From Hydrurus foetidus (taxonomy: Eukaryota), in NCBI GenBank assembly GCA_900617105.1, contig UYFQ01000800.1:1-63917 (forward strand): 63,917 bases of DNA, in the 5' to 3' direction. The position numbers were made by a program, and so were the translations under genes. Below are positions 39,542-50,254 of the stretch, piece by piece; the first letter of the stretch is position 1, and every line of letters starts with the position of its first letter. A model generated the notes under the pieces. That model worked only from the letters and a program-made list of their open reading frames with translations, had not been told where the DNA came from and did not search any database.

Positions 39542-40973
39542 AAATTGTGTTGTGTTGGTCTTGTGTGATGTGGTTAGGCGATACGATGTCAACAAGTTGT
39601 GTGTACGTCGACGTTGCGAAGAGATACTTCGTATGTTGAGAAATCCTCAAATCCTCAAATGTCAACCTTTGAGGATTTGAGGATTTGAGGATTTGAGGAT
39701 TCGTTTTCCGTATGGAACGCCTGTCAGCTGATTAATTCCTGATTCTCACTTCGCCTCAATCAATTTTCTACTTTCACTGTACCACTGAACTCGTCTCTCA
39801 AATTTTACTGTACGACTCACCTCTCCACCTACACTTATTACTTCTACACTCCCTTTCAGAGCCCGTTCGATGATTTTCCGGGTCCCCGCCAAATTTCTAG
39901 TGGGCCGCTAGCGCCGGTCAAATCCGCTAGATTTCAGAAATGGCCGAAAAGTAGATTTTCTGAAGCTAGCCATTTCACCCCAAATCACTGAGGCCGGTCC
40001 TTACGGTGTCGGATTTCAGGGAAAGTTAGGCCCTTCCTAGTGGAGTACAAATTACAAAATACAAAATTTGAAAATTTTTGAACTTTTATTTTTGTACTTT
40101 GTACCTCTACGGTTGTAGTGGTTGACAAAATACGAAAGCTCTGTTTTGTATCTTTTTTAAACCTCACGTTTGTAGTGGATGTCATTTTACAAAACACAAA
40201 TTTCAACCTCCAAATTTTTTTGCCACCACCTCAATTCTGCAAGATGGTCAAAAACAAGGTTATGCAAGCCAAATCCAAGTCCGTGAAGAAACTTCTCGAG
40301 AAACTCAAAGCTCCCCAGTTGAAGGCGTTGCAGTATCTTCTTGCTGCAAATGCCTATGTCTCAATTATTGAGGGATCTGCTCGGAGAAAGAAGACGCAGA
40401 AAGAAGACATGGAAATGTGAGTTGTTTAAACTCTGATTATAGCATTTTAACCTCTCAAGAACTCATCAATTTGATTGTCACTTGATAGATTATACCATGG
40501 TGATGGCGGCGACCAGCTTGGTCAAGTCAACCAACTGTTGAATAGGAATAATCGCTATAAAGTCTTATGGGACGGAGATAAATTTGGTTCTGGGTTTGGG
40601 ATTTTTAGCGGTGTTACCAAAAATTCCGTCAAGGAAATCATCAATATGCCGACCACTTGAGTTCATATGCAGAAACACTTGAGTTCATTCTGGGATCTAA
40701 TGGAGAACCTGTACCTGAACCAGTGTATCAATCCTCCATTCCAATGCATCAGCCTACCATTGTGCCATCAGCATCTACTCACCTTTTCAGTAAGAAACCA
40801 TCTCTACCTGTTGGACTCAAAAGCTCTGCCCCCAGCGAGCTTCGTAAAGTTAAATAGAAGATTGCAGCTCAGGCCCCAGTGAACGCACTAGCAAACACCG
40901 TCATTGGCAGCAGCGGAAGCAGCAGCAGCAGAATGAGCAGCGGGAGCAAAAGGGACAGCAACCAAGAGAAATC

Positions 40974-40995
40974 CAGCAGTAGCAGCAGTAGCAGT

Positions 40996-41064
<69 letters not shown>
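40974..41064. repeat. (CAG)n trinucleotide tract with TAG interruptions
   Basis: About 30 triplets, in the decayed plus-strand ORF region of element 2. Confidence 0.95.
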
Positions 41065-41068
<4 letters not shown>

Positions 41069-41395
41069 AGGAAGGCAAGAGGTTAGTGAAAAAGAGAACT
41101 ACTCATAGTGTTTAATTGATTTATAACTTGCATTGTTACAATTGGTTTTTGTATTGTGTACTCCACTACGATCGAGAGGTACAAAAATCAGGATACAAAA
41201 AAAGGAAAAATAAATATGCTTCGAAAGTATGAGAATATAAGTTGAAACTTGTTAATATAATTATGTGAATAGATTTAACGATAAATAAAGTTTGAAATTT
41301 TGTATGTTTATTTTGTACTCCACTACAATCGAACGGATACAAAATAAGAATGAATAAATACAATACATGATAGACAAGGACTTAAAAACATTAAC

Positions 41396-42378
41396 CTAGA
41401 GCCATTTGACGGAAGATGAATCTTTGGAAGGGCATATCAGTGAGGTCCACGATGGATACCCTCCATCAACAAGAATCCAGGCACCTTTGTAGTTCTCCTC
41501 TATACCCCTTTCATTATACAGAGAGAACACATTGTCAGCAAGATAATTACTTCTCTGAATGTCGGTAATGAAGTCATCAAATCGGACTGTAGTAGTATCG
41601 TTCCATCGTCCCGGGAAGCCAACAGTTGTTGCAAGTATCTGCCGGCGGTGATTGACAACAAGTTGATATGCACGAGTTATATGAGAATCCTTTCCCCAAG
41701 ATTCTGATTCTTTAAGCGCGCATAGCACTTCTCCATTATAATGTGAGTAACATCTGCAGACCCAATACATCCATCGAATGCCGCCGCCTTAAACTCTGAC
41801 ATATGATCTCTGATTTCTTCTTCAGTTTCTGAGCGTTTCACCTACATGGGATAGGAAACTCCCTGCAAGCTTTGACAAACAAATTGAAGAAAACGCGATG
41901 TGACTCCTCAGATACCCCTGTAGCCTCGGCGATATCGTCAAAAGTCCACCCTCTTCCTAGATAGCGCAAAGCACCCAGAATGAATAAATCCAATGGAATC
42001 CCAGGTTGGTGACATGCATTCCGCCGTTCGTAAGTGGGAAACCATTTTGCTCTCTCGCCAGTTTCACTAGACCTTGAAACTTGGCGTCGGGCATCCTGAA
42101 TCGTCGCCTGAACTGGGCGTATTGACTTTTATTTTTGAACCAACCGACTCCAGATACATATCTTCGGTACCATTCCGACTTCACAGCTTGGAATGGATCA
42201 TACCCTTGATAGTTCCTTGCAGCATATGGTCTTTTTCTTTAACAACTACTTGTTTCTGTTCTTCTTTACCCTCTTCATCCTCCTCGTCATCATTTCTATC
42301 TCGTTTCCTTCTATACGCAGCCCATTTATCAAATACGACGATTCCTTCATCATCAAAGATACTAGTGAACCTCTCCAT
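41396..42378 (-). pseudogene. frameshifted, 3'-truncated Harbinger transposase
   Basis: FRRRFRMP, CIGSADVTHI, PGRWND and LVDGGY in different frames. Ends at KWL before the third catalytic residue. Confidence 0.85.
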
Positions 42379-42651
42379 CTCAAATCAACTTTCAGATGTT
42401 GAATTGATGTTGATTAGGAGGAGCTGTTAGTAATATAAATATTTTTTTTCTAATTATGTACCTGTACAATCGAGGTACAAAAAAGCTCAAGAATTTTGTC
42501 ACAAGGGGCCTGTTTTGTACCTCGACAAAACAGGAAATTTACTTTTTTTTAATTTTTTTGTTTTTTGTACTCCACTACAATCAAGAATACAAGTAAGAGG
42601 TACAAAACAGGAATTTTGTATTTTGTATTTTGTACTCCACTGGGACCGACC

Positions 42652-42894
42652 TTAGAATCGGATTTCGGTTTTTGAAATCCAATTCTGACTTTTTCGATTT
42701 CCGACGCGGAGATTGTCGAAAAAAATCGGATTTCGGTTTTTGAAATCCAATTCTGACTTTTTCGATTTTTCGACAATCCCCGCGTCGGAAATCGAAAAAG
42801 TCAGAATTGGATTTCAAAAACCTTTTTCGACAATCTCCGCGTCGGAAATCGAAAAAGTCAGAATTGGATTTCAAAAACCGAAATCCGATTCTAA
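42652..42894. repeat. foldback: ~70-bp inverted repeat with two internal partial copies
   Basis: 42652-42722 is the reverse complement of ~42824-42894. Four units arranged forward-forward-reverse-reverse. Confidence 0.9.
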
Positions 42895-43870
42895 CTTTCC
42901 CTGAAATCCGAAGGACCGGCCTGAAATCGGATCGATCTAATTTCTAGCGGAATTTTTTTCATCGAACGGGCAGGCTGTGCAAGATCAAGGGGCCATTTTT
43001 TAACCGAAAAGCTCCCCCGCAGTATCGCCAAAGTTGGACAACGTATTGATCACATTACGAAGGATTTGACAAGGATATCAATTTGCTCGAGGACCAAATA
43101 AACGATCGGTTTCCACTAATCTGACTATGGTGAGTGTCATGGCGCTATCAGTTTTTTTCAAATTTTATTCCTCCGATCACAAGATCAACCTAAAGTTGGA
43201 TTATCCAACTTCAACTTTACAGCAACCTTCATTACTCAACTGCTCCTCGTAAACACCGACGTAACATGATTTCCATCTCTAATAATGACACATTAGAAAC
43301 ATTTTCAAGCTTGACTGTTGACAGGTTTAGTTATCTGAAGCTCAATTTTTGGTATCTACTCATATCATATATCACCATACAGGAATCTAATGGTGAACCA
43401 CAGCAAAGCGAAATCTCGCTTCAAGAAGGACTACAACAATTCGATAGCTTTCAAGTTCAGGTCGATTAACGGAACGAATTCATGCATTTAGACAAAAATT
43501 GATGTGATATTCAGACGCACCGTTGTCAGATTGGTCGAGTTGTCACAAATCATCCTGCTGAATGTGATCTGTAACGGAAGTTAATTGCTGTGAATGATGG
43601 GTCAAGAGATATTGCTTGTGATAGTTCAGAGCTGGGACTTAATAAACCCGTTGTGAGTGGAAGGCCACCAAAAATGAATTATCCCCCGGTATTATCCGGT
43701 GGATAATCCGGTGAATAATCCGGCGGATATTCGGTGGATACTTTTCATGTTTACTACCATCACCTCCACCAAAAATGAAGTGTGCATGAAAACTGAATGT
43801 GAATGTTACTAGATGCACCTAGTAGCTCATATTCGAGAACACTGCTGCATAGCGAACGCCATATTCTTCA

Positions 43871-45004
43871 ATGCTAGAACAATGTCTAATCGCAAATTAT
43901 TTTCTCCGTCTGAAGGTGAAGAAAAGCCAAGCAAAATTTCAAGCAGAAAGAATGATCAATTATGCCAGATTATTGAAGCTAAGATTGACACTTAAATCAA
44001 GACACTATCTGCACTCAAATGCTTTGTTACAGTGTGTCAAGCAGGCTCCATGGTACGTTCTGTATCGTAACGGAAGTGATTCGGATCTTATATCAGCAAT
44101 TTCCTTGACCAGAGACAGTTTTGAGCATCTTCTATCAAGATTTAAACTATTCTATGCATTTCATTCTGGACCGGGGATGAAAGGAAGACCATCTAGAGTG
44201 AAGGATCATCACTGCGTTCTATCCTTGCTCTTGCATACTTACTGTTCACCTGCTGAAAACAAAACGTGGTCAGAAATGTTTGGCATTTCTCCTGGTACTT
44301 TATGCCGTACCTTGATTAAGGCTGAGATTGCTCTCCTATCCGCATTAAACTCTATGCCTGAAGCAAGAGTTGAGTGGCCATCTCTCAATGATCAGATCAG
44401 GATGGGCTTAGCTGTAGAATTAAAAGAACCCCTGATCAAGGGACGTTGGGGCTTCATAGACGGGAAGAATTACGGAGTTCAGGAGCCAAGCAATTGTTAT
44501 GTTCAGAATGGTATGTATAATGGTTGGTTGCACTCCGTATTCGTCACTGGTACTGTTTGTTTCTCCGCTGATGGACTTATAGTCTGGGCGAAGTTGAACT
44601 TTTTTGGTAGCTGGAATGATGGCGACATTAGCAGGGAATTTAGAGAGAAATTAGCTGACGATAGGAAGAATGCCCCAGGCCATGGAGTTCTCTCTGACTC
44701 AGCTTTTCCGGTGTCAGGTGATATGTTCGGACGCATCATGACACCTTTAAAATGTGGCGATTTGGAACGATCACATCGCCTTGCAAGACCTGCTCTTGTA
44801 CGTCTTGCTGCATCAATTACATCCATGCGTCAGGCTGCAGAGTGGGGAATGGCTTCTGTATGCAAAGTGTACCGTGTTTTGTACAAAAAACTCCATTATG
44901 ATAAAGATAAGCGAGGTCGACTTCTCACTGTACTTCATAAGCTCCATAACTACAGAGTACGCACCACTGGCATCAGTCAAATCAAAACTTTCCTCGATGC
45001 TTAA
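43871..45004 (+). CDS. DDE transposase of element 3, intact
   Basis: WGFIDGKN, YNGWLHSVFV, GSWND, LSDSAFP, SMRQAAEWGM, LHNYR. Confidence 0.9.
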   Translation: MLEQCLIANYFLRLKVKKSQAKFQAERMINYARLLKLRLTLKSRHYLHSNALLQCVKQAPWYVLYRNGSDSDLISAISLTRDSFEHLLSRFKLFYAFHSGPGMKGRPSRVKDHHCVLSLLLHTYCSPAENKTWSEMFGISPGTLCRTLIKAEIALLSALNSMPEARVEWPSLNDQIRMGLAVELKEPLIKGRWGFIDGKNYGVQEPSNCYVQNGMYNGWLHSVFVTGTVCFSADGLIVWAKLNFFGSWNDGDISREFREKLADDRKNAPGHGVLSDSAFPVSGDMFGRIMTPLKCGDLERSHRLARPALVRLAASITSMRQAAEWGMASVCKVYRVLYKKLHYDKDKRGRLLTVLHKLHNYRVRTTGISQIKTFLDA

Positions 45005-45177
45005 TTCATTATATGATTTACACAATGAATGATTTCTAATTGTGTATATTTTATCGATTCTCATTTCTCAATATCGAACTTATTTAATGCGCACTTTCGA
45101 TTTGTTAATACGAACTAGATTTATTCTCGTTCTATTAATCGATAGTATCTATTTATTTTACGTAACTTATTTTAAAA

Positions 45178-47203
45178 TTACTTTTTGGTCAAAAACATTA
45201 ACATCATGTCAGATCTTTCTTTATCAGCTTTTTCTCGCCTCTCTTCTCTGTCGAGATCGTCTTTGCGTCTGATGTCCTCCCGCATTTCTTTATCCCTCTG
45301 TCGCTGTTCATCCCTTTCAATTTGGGAGCGGATTCTTAATTCCTCCTCTGTTTTCAGCCTCTTCCTTTCTATCCATCTCTGCTTGGCGGCGAATGTCTCT
45401 GGCCACATCCTCCCGTCGCCATTCCTCGCTGCGAATGTCTCTTTGATTAGATTGCATTATCATCATATTCATGAAAGATGCTCCGCTGGCACTATCATCA
45501 TTTCCTTGACGAGAGAGAAATTCATTATTCCTATCTATGACGCTATCTAGTCGTCGTCTTTTATTGACGATTTCACTATGAATTGGAGTTGTATTTTGTT
45601 GTATAGCTGCTGACATATCTCGTAATTGCATTTCAGTTAGCCCTGTTCGCATGGTTGTAGCTGTCCTTGACGCATTAGTTGTGGGCGTCATAGTTTGATT
45701 GCTTGACATTCTTGTCGCTGTATGTGCTTAATAAGAAATGAGTGGGAGTGGGAGTGGGAGTGGGAGTGTGTGTGTGAGTGTGTGTGTGTGTGTGTGTGGG
45801 AGTAGTGGTATGAAAGAGTGGAAATAGGGGGGTAAGTAGTATGAAAGTAGTGGAAATAGAGTGGGTAATTAGTATGAAAGTAGTGGAAATAGGGTGGGTA
45901 ATTAGTATGAAAGTAGTGGAAATAGGGTGGGTAATTAGTATGAAAGTAGTGGAAATAGGGTGGGTAATTAGTATGAAAGTAGTGGAAATAGGGTGGGTAA
46001 TTAGTATGAAAGTAGTGGAAATAGGGTGGGTAATTAGTATGAAAGTAGTGGAAATAGGGTGGGTAATTAGTATGAAAGTAGTGGAAATAGGGTGGGTAAT
46101 TAGTATGAAAGTAGTGGAAATAGGGTGGGTAATTAGTATGAAAGTAGTGGAAATAGGGTGGGTAATTAGTATGAAAGTAGTGGAAATAGGGTGAGTAATT
46201 TGTATGAAAGTAGTGGAAATAGGGTGGGTAATTAGTATGAAAGTAGTGGAAATAGGGTGGGTAATTAGTATGAAAGTAGTGGAAATAGGGTGGGTAATTA
46301 GTATGAAAGTAGTGGAAATAGGGTGGGTAATTAGTATGAAAGTAGTGGAAATAGGGTTGATAATATGTGCGGAAGTGAAGAATTTATTTTGGCGGAAGGA
46401 ATTAACAAACTCCGATTAACGTGATGTGATAAATCGGATTAAGAAGTTCAAGAAATATCCTTTAAACTAGACATGAAAATATTTCACTGAGATGCATTAT
46501 TTTTGCTTACGAAGTTCTTAGAAGGTGTGAACGTTAGTAGAAGCTTCGCAGGTATTAAAAAATGGCTGACCTAATTGTGCATCTAAAAAGCCAAAGTTTT
46601 CCCTATCATTCTCCATTTCTGATACTGATTCTGTTTCACGAGAATTAAAGTGTTCGTCAGAGTCAAACTCTTCTCCAACGCGGTATTCCCATCTATTGCT
46701 ATCATCTGATTCAATATTTCTATCGGCCTCTACGTTTCTATCACGCTCAACGTCTCTATCAGCCTCAATATTCCTATCAGCCTCAAAGTTTCTTTCACCC
46801 TCAATAATAATATGATGATTTCTATCCTCATCACTCCCAAGCGTTTGAACGGACATGCGGGTTTCCATCGCTCTCTGAATTTGCTTCGCTCTGGCAACAT
46901 GTGGAGGGCAGGTCGGATCTCCAGTTGGTTTCTTATGGCTCTTTAGAGCCTGTCGTAGACAATTGTCAACAGTTAGAAATGCTTTGCAACCACAAATCAG
47001 GGCACAGTCACGAAGTAAACCTTAAATTTGTTCCTAAGATCGTCAGCACTTCTGTTCTCTCCATTTCCAAAATGGATGCAGAAGCGGGACGCAACATCAG
47101 TCCACTCATCTATCCCGCATGGCAGTAACTCCGTTACCAAATCAAGGAGATAGTCGACGTTACTCGTGGAGTAAGTTTTCCCTCTACCAGATGAGGCGCG
47201 CAT
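45178..47203 (-). CDS. Myb/SANT-like (DUF6818-type) accessory protein of element 3, spliced, apparent C-terminal frameshift
   Basis: YS..LLDLV..LP.G..EW..VA..LRNKF followed by KKPTGDPTCP..ARAK. Charged coiled-coil tail split over two frames near 45350. Confidence 0.7.
45808..46358. repeat. 33-bp minisatellite (gtatgaaagtagtggaaatagggtgggtaatta), ~16-17 copies
   Basis: Near-identical head-to-tail units next to (GGGAGT)n and (GT)n runs, within a probable intron. Confidence 0.97.
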
Positions 47204-47481
47204 GACAGATTTCTAAGATTGTGCGTCATGGCGCACAACTCACGAATTGAGAACGATGGCACAGTAAGTGTCATCCGTTTAATGAATAGTTCTTGGGAAG
47301 CTATTTGCTACCCACAGCCCACAGGTGAGATGATTTGCCGAGACCATATTTCGGTCTCGGCAAATTTACTACCGGTAGTATCCACCGTATTATCCGCCGG
47401 ATTATTCACCGGATTATCCACCGGATAATACCGGGGGATAATTCATTTTTGGTGGCCTTCCAGTGTGTATGTGGCCCCTGG

Positions 47482-47908
47482 TTCTCTTTCTCTACACGGT
47501 CTCAATCCTCTTGGTGGTAATGGCGTACGTACAGGTCGGAACGTATTCACTCCCGTCAAGTTTTTTCTCGATTTGTACATACCGTACGTGCGCCATTTAA
47601 AATAATGTCCGTACTTACGTACGTGCTGCCTGGCATGCTCTCCGTAAGTACTTACGAACGTACTCAGATGCCTCGTCCGTACATCACTAAAGACGTCCGT
47701 GCACCCCTAGAAGCTGTCCGCGCAGGGTGGAACGTACGTAGTTACAGTTCAACATAGGACCATCTCGTTAATTAACTCTTAGTTACCCTAATTGGGGTGC
47801 ACTCGTGTGCCCAGACGCCTCCTTCAAGACACAGACTCCACCGGCTCGATCTTACTCAGCCAACCGGTGGGTCCGGATTCTTGTCAGGGTTAGCGATCAC
47901 CTTCACCC
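47482..47908. repeat. split direct repeat B2
   Basis: Matches 48380-48806 with 2 substitutions seen. Confidence 0.95.
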
Positions 47909-47988
47909 ATCCGGGCACGCAAGTGGTCGGGTAAACAAAATTCAAGCAACAACACAATTCAATATGATAGGCATGGCTGGCTACGGGG

Positions 47989-48379
47989 TAAAAAACTGTT
48001 TAACTTGAAGATTCTGCGAAAGAAGCTGCTAAAACTGCGTAATATTCAATTTAAACCTACTATGTATGTGCACTGCATTCTTGCAACCAGTGCTGCAAGA
48101 ACTGAAAGATTTGCAAGAAATGAAGCATTGAAACGTGGACAAAACCGTATAGTGTTAGGTGTGTGTACACTGAAAACTGAAAACGTGTTCTGTGTTGTAT
48201 TCTACGTCTATTGCTGCGCTACACTTTGTCTTGTTACCGTTCTCCAAAAATTCCATAAGGAAGTCTAAGTCCAAGCAATTCGTACTTCGGACCTAAAGAG
48301 AACAACTTGCAACCGTTTTGAGCCGACTCCGATCCAGAGAACCCAATCCGCAAGTGCACAAGTTCCCGGCGTCATACAA
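47989..48379. repeat. split direct repeat A2
   Basis: Matches 54055-54445 with 2 substitutions seen. Confidence 0.95.
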
Positions 48380-48806
48380 TTCTCTTTCTCTACACGGTCT
48401 CAATCCTCTTGGTGGTAATGGCGTACGTACAGGTCGGAACGTATTCACTCCCGTCAGGTTTTTTCTCGATTTGTACATACCGTACGTGCGCCATTTAAAA
48501 TAATGTCCGTACTTACGTACGTGCTGCCTGGCATGCTCTCCGTAAGTACTTACGAACGTACTCAGATGCCTCGTCCGTACATCACTAAAGACGTCCGTGC
48601 ACCCCTAGAAGCTGTCCGCGCAGGGTGGAACGTACGTAGTTACAGTTCAACATAGGACCATCTCGTTAATTAACTCTTAGTTACCCTAATTGGGGTGCAC
48701 TCGTGTGCCCAGACGCCTCCTTCAAGACACAGACACCACCGGCTCGATCTTACTCAGCCAACCGGTGGGTCCGGATTCTTGTCAGGGTTAGCGATCACCT
48801 TCACCC
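48380..48806. repeat. split direct repeat B1
   Basis: Directly abuts A2 and contains the YR stop codon. Confidence 0.95.
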
Positions 48807-49985
48807 GTCAATCCAAGGTGAGCCCTTTCAGTGTTGCGTGACTGTGGTAGGAACCGCCTAATGTCGTGAACGTCAGGACGGGCACCCCCGTTCAGTGCAT
48901 TAGATGAAAGAGGGCCATGGCCAGCTGATGAGTAGTCATAGGTTTGTGCCATCACTCTTGATCCGGATGCGTATCCTCCTCTATCTCTCATGTCTTCCTC
49001 TGACGCTCCAAGTGCCCTCATGTGCGTCGTGGCAGCCTTTCGTAATGAATGGCTCGAGAAATGCTCCGCTGGCAACCCTTCCAGTACGCACGTACGTTTT
49101 ATCTCGTCCCTCACCATTCTTGCGTTGAGTAACTTTTTCGACCTGGTACCGCACTTCAACTCAGTATAGCGGGTAAAAGTCTGTCTGACTCAGCCACCCC
49201 CGAATGAGTCACCCAGTTCACTAGGTCATCAAGAAATTGACTCTCTTCAGCGGTCCTCCTCCCTATCAGCTTCATCTTCATGACTGAAGTCGTCTTCTGG
49301 GAGGCCGCCTTCACCCAGCATGCACACACCAACTCCGGTTTAGGTAGTATCTGCCCCCCTTTCTTCCTTTCTCCAGAAACTAACTCAAAGTCCAAGTCAC
49401 TTGCTCTCACGCAGTGATCTTCGCCTCCTCTCTCCGGTGCAGTGTACTCGCTGACCCGAGCGTCCATATTGTAAGCCCACATTACAGCCAGGTATACCAT
49501 CCGTCGGTCTATACCAACCTGATCCCATACTGCAGTCACCCATAGGCGGTCTCTCATCCGGGCTAAAATACTTTCGCATAGGGGGAGTTTCACACTACCG
49601 CTGGGGCCCTCATTTCTTTTATCCCGTATCTCTGCAGTGCTAAGCCTGCATGCTGCCCGAGCAGCTGTGAGGACTGGGGAGTCCAGGAACCGACAGGGTA
49701 GCAGGGCCGTAGTGAAAGCGAGCTTCAAACCAGCCGTGACTGACGTGGCACCCTTACCACGTGCACCGCCGTTATACCGCGTGTGAAGATACAAAGCTAC
49801 TATAGCAGCCTTATCCTCCTCACGCTGCCCTCTCAGATAGGGATCTTTGCCCGCTTCGATATTCTCTATGAACTCGCACCACCCTTGCCAGTGACCATCG
49901 TACGTCTTAGCAGTTCCCACTGTGACTGACTTCCTTAGGAAATCACCTAATTCGACCTTACCCTCTGTCGTGAGGCCTACGCATC
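48788..49985 (-). CDS. tyrosine recombinase, with 1-nt frameshift at ~49176-49179
   Basis: ARVSEY (R), KAASQK, HSLRK (HxxR), RGGY, TYDY (Y). Adding one T to the minus-strand T4 run gives continuous DRLFTRYTELKCG. Confidence 0.88.
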
Positions 49986-50108
49986 CTATATTAGAACAGA
50001 GTACAACGGCGACAGACGGAATTAGTTATCGTCTAAGTCACCACAATGTGGTTACAAGGGCTCTGATGCGCCTGCATCGACTTAAGTGCCTCAGTACCCC
50101 TCGCCTCC

Positions 50109-50254
50109 CTTTTCACCCCATTCCATCGCGTTCCATCCCATCCCATCCCACCCCACCCCGTCCCACCCCATTCCATCCCCTGTACTGTACTGTACTGTAC
50201 TGTACTGTACTGCACTGTACTGTACTGCACTGCACTGCACTGCACTGCACTGCA
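50109..50254. repeat. compound pentanucleotide microsatellite (CCATC/CCCAC, TACTG, CACTG)
   Basis: Direct observation between the RT/RH stop and YR. Confidence 0.95.

Larger units (their letters stand above)
36466..39731. mobile_element. PIF/Harbinger-superfamily element 1 (two convergent ORFs)
   Basis: Imperfect TIRs (tcagctcacagtcgaaacatacgg vs reverse complement of ccgtatggaacgcctgtcagctga). Subterminal gaggattt/aaatcctc arrays at both ends. Confidence 0.75.
39992..42921. mobile_element. PIF/Harbinger element 2, defective
   Basis: TIRs GGCCGGTCCTT[acggtgt]CGGATTTCAGGGAAAGTTAG / CTAACTTTCCCTGAAATCCGAAGGACCGGCC. Direct TGA TSD at 39989-39991 and 42922-42924. Confidence 0.88.
39861..42971. 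mobile_element. ~180-bp MITE-like element split by element 2
   Basis: 13-bp TIR GCCCGTTCGATGA at 39861-39873, with its reverse complement at 42959-42971. TSD ambiguous. Confidence 0.65.
43659..47461. mobile_element. PIF/Harbinger-superfamily element 3 (Pangu-like), complete
   Basis: ~70-bp perfect (~84-bp near-perfect) TIRs starting GGAAGGCCACC. Direct AGT TSD at 43656-43658 and 47462-47464. Two convergent genes. Confidence 0.92.

Noticed and set aside
45808..46358. 33-bp array as a CRISPR array, or the MKVVEIGWVIS repeat protein
   Set aside because: Units are contiguous and identical with no unique spacers, there are no cas genes, and the context is eukaryotic. The ORFs are by-products of a unit length divisible by 3.
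48005..48268. 87-aa ORF duplicated at 54071-54334 as a gene
   Set aside because: TTG start, antisense to the element, lies wholly in repeat A, no recognisable motif.
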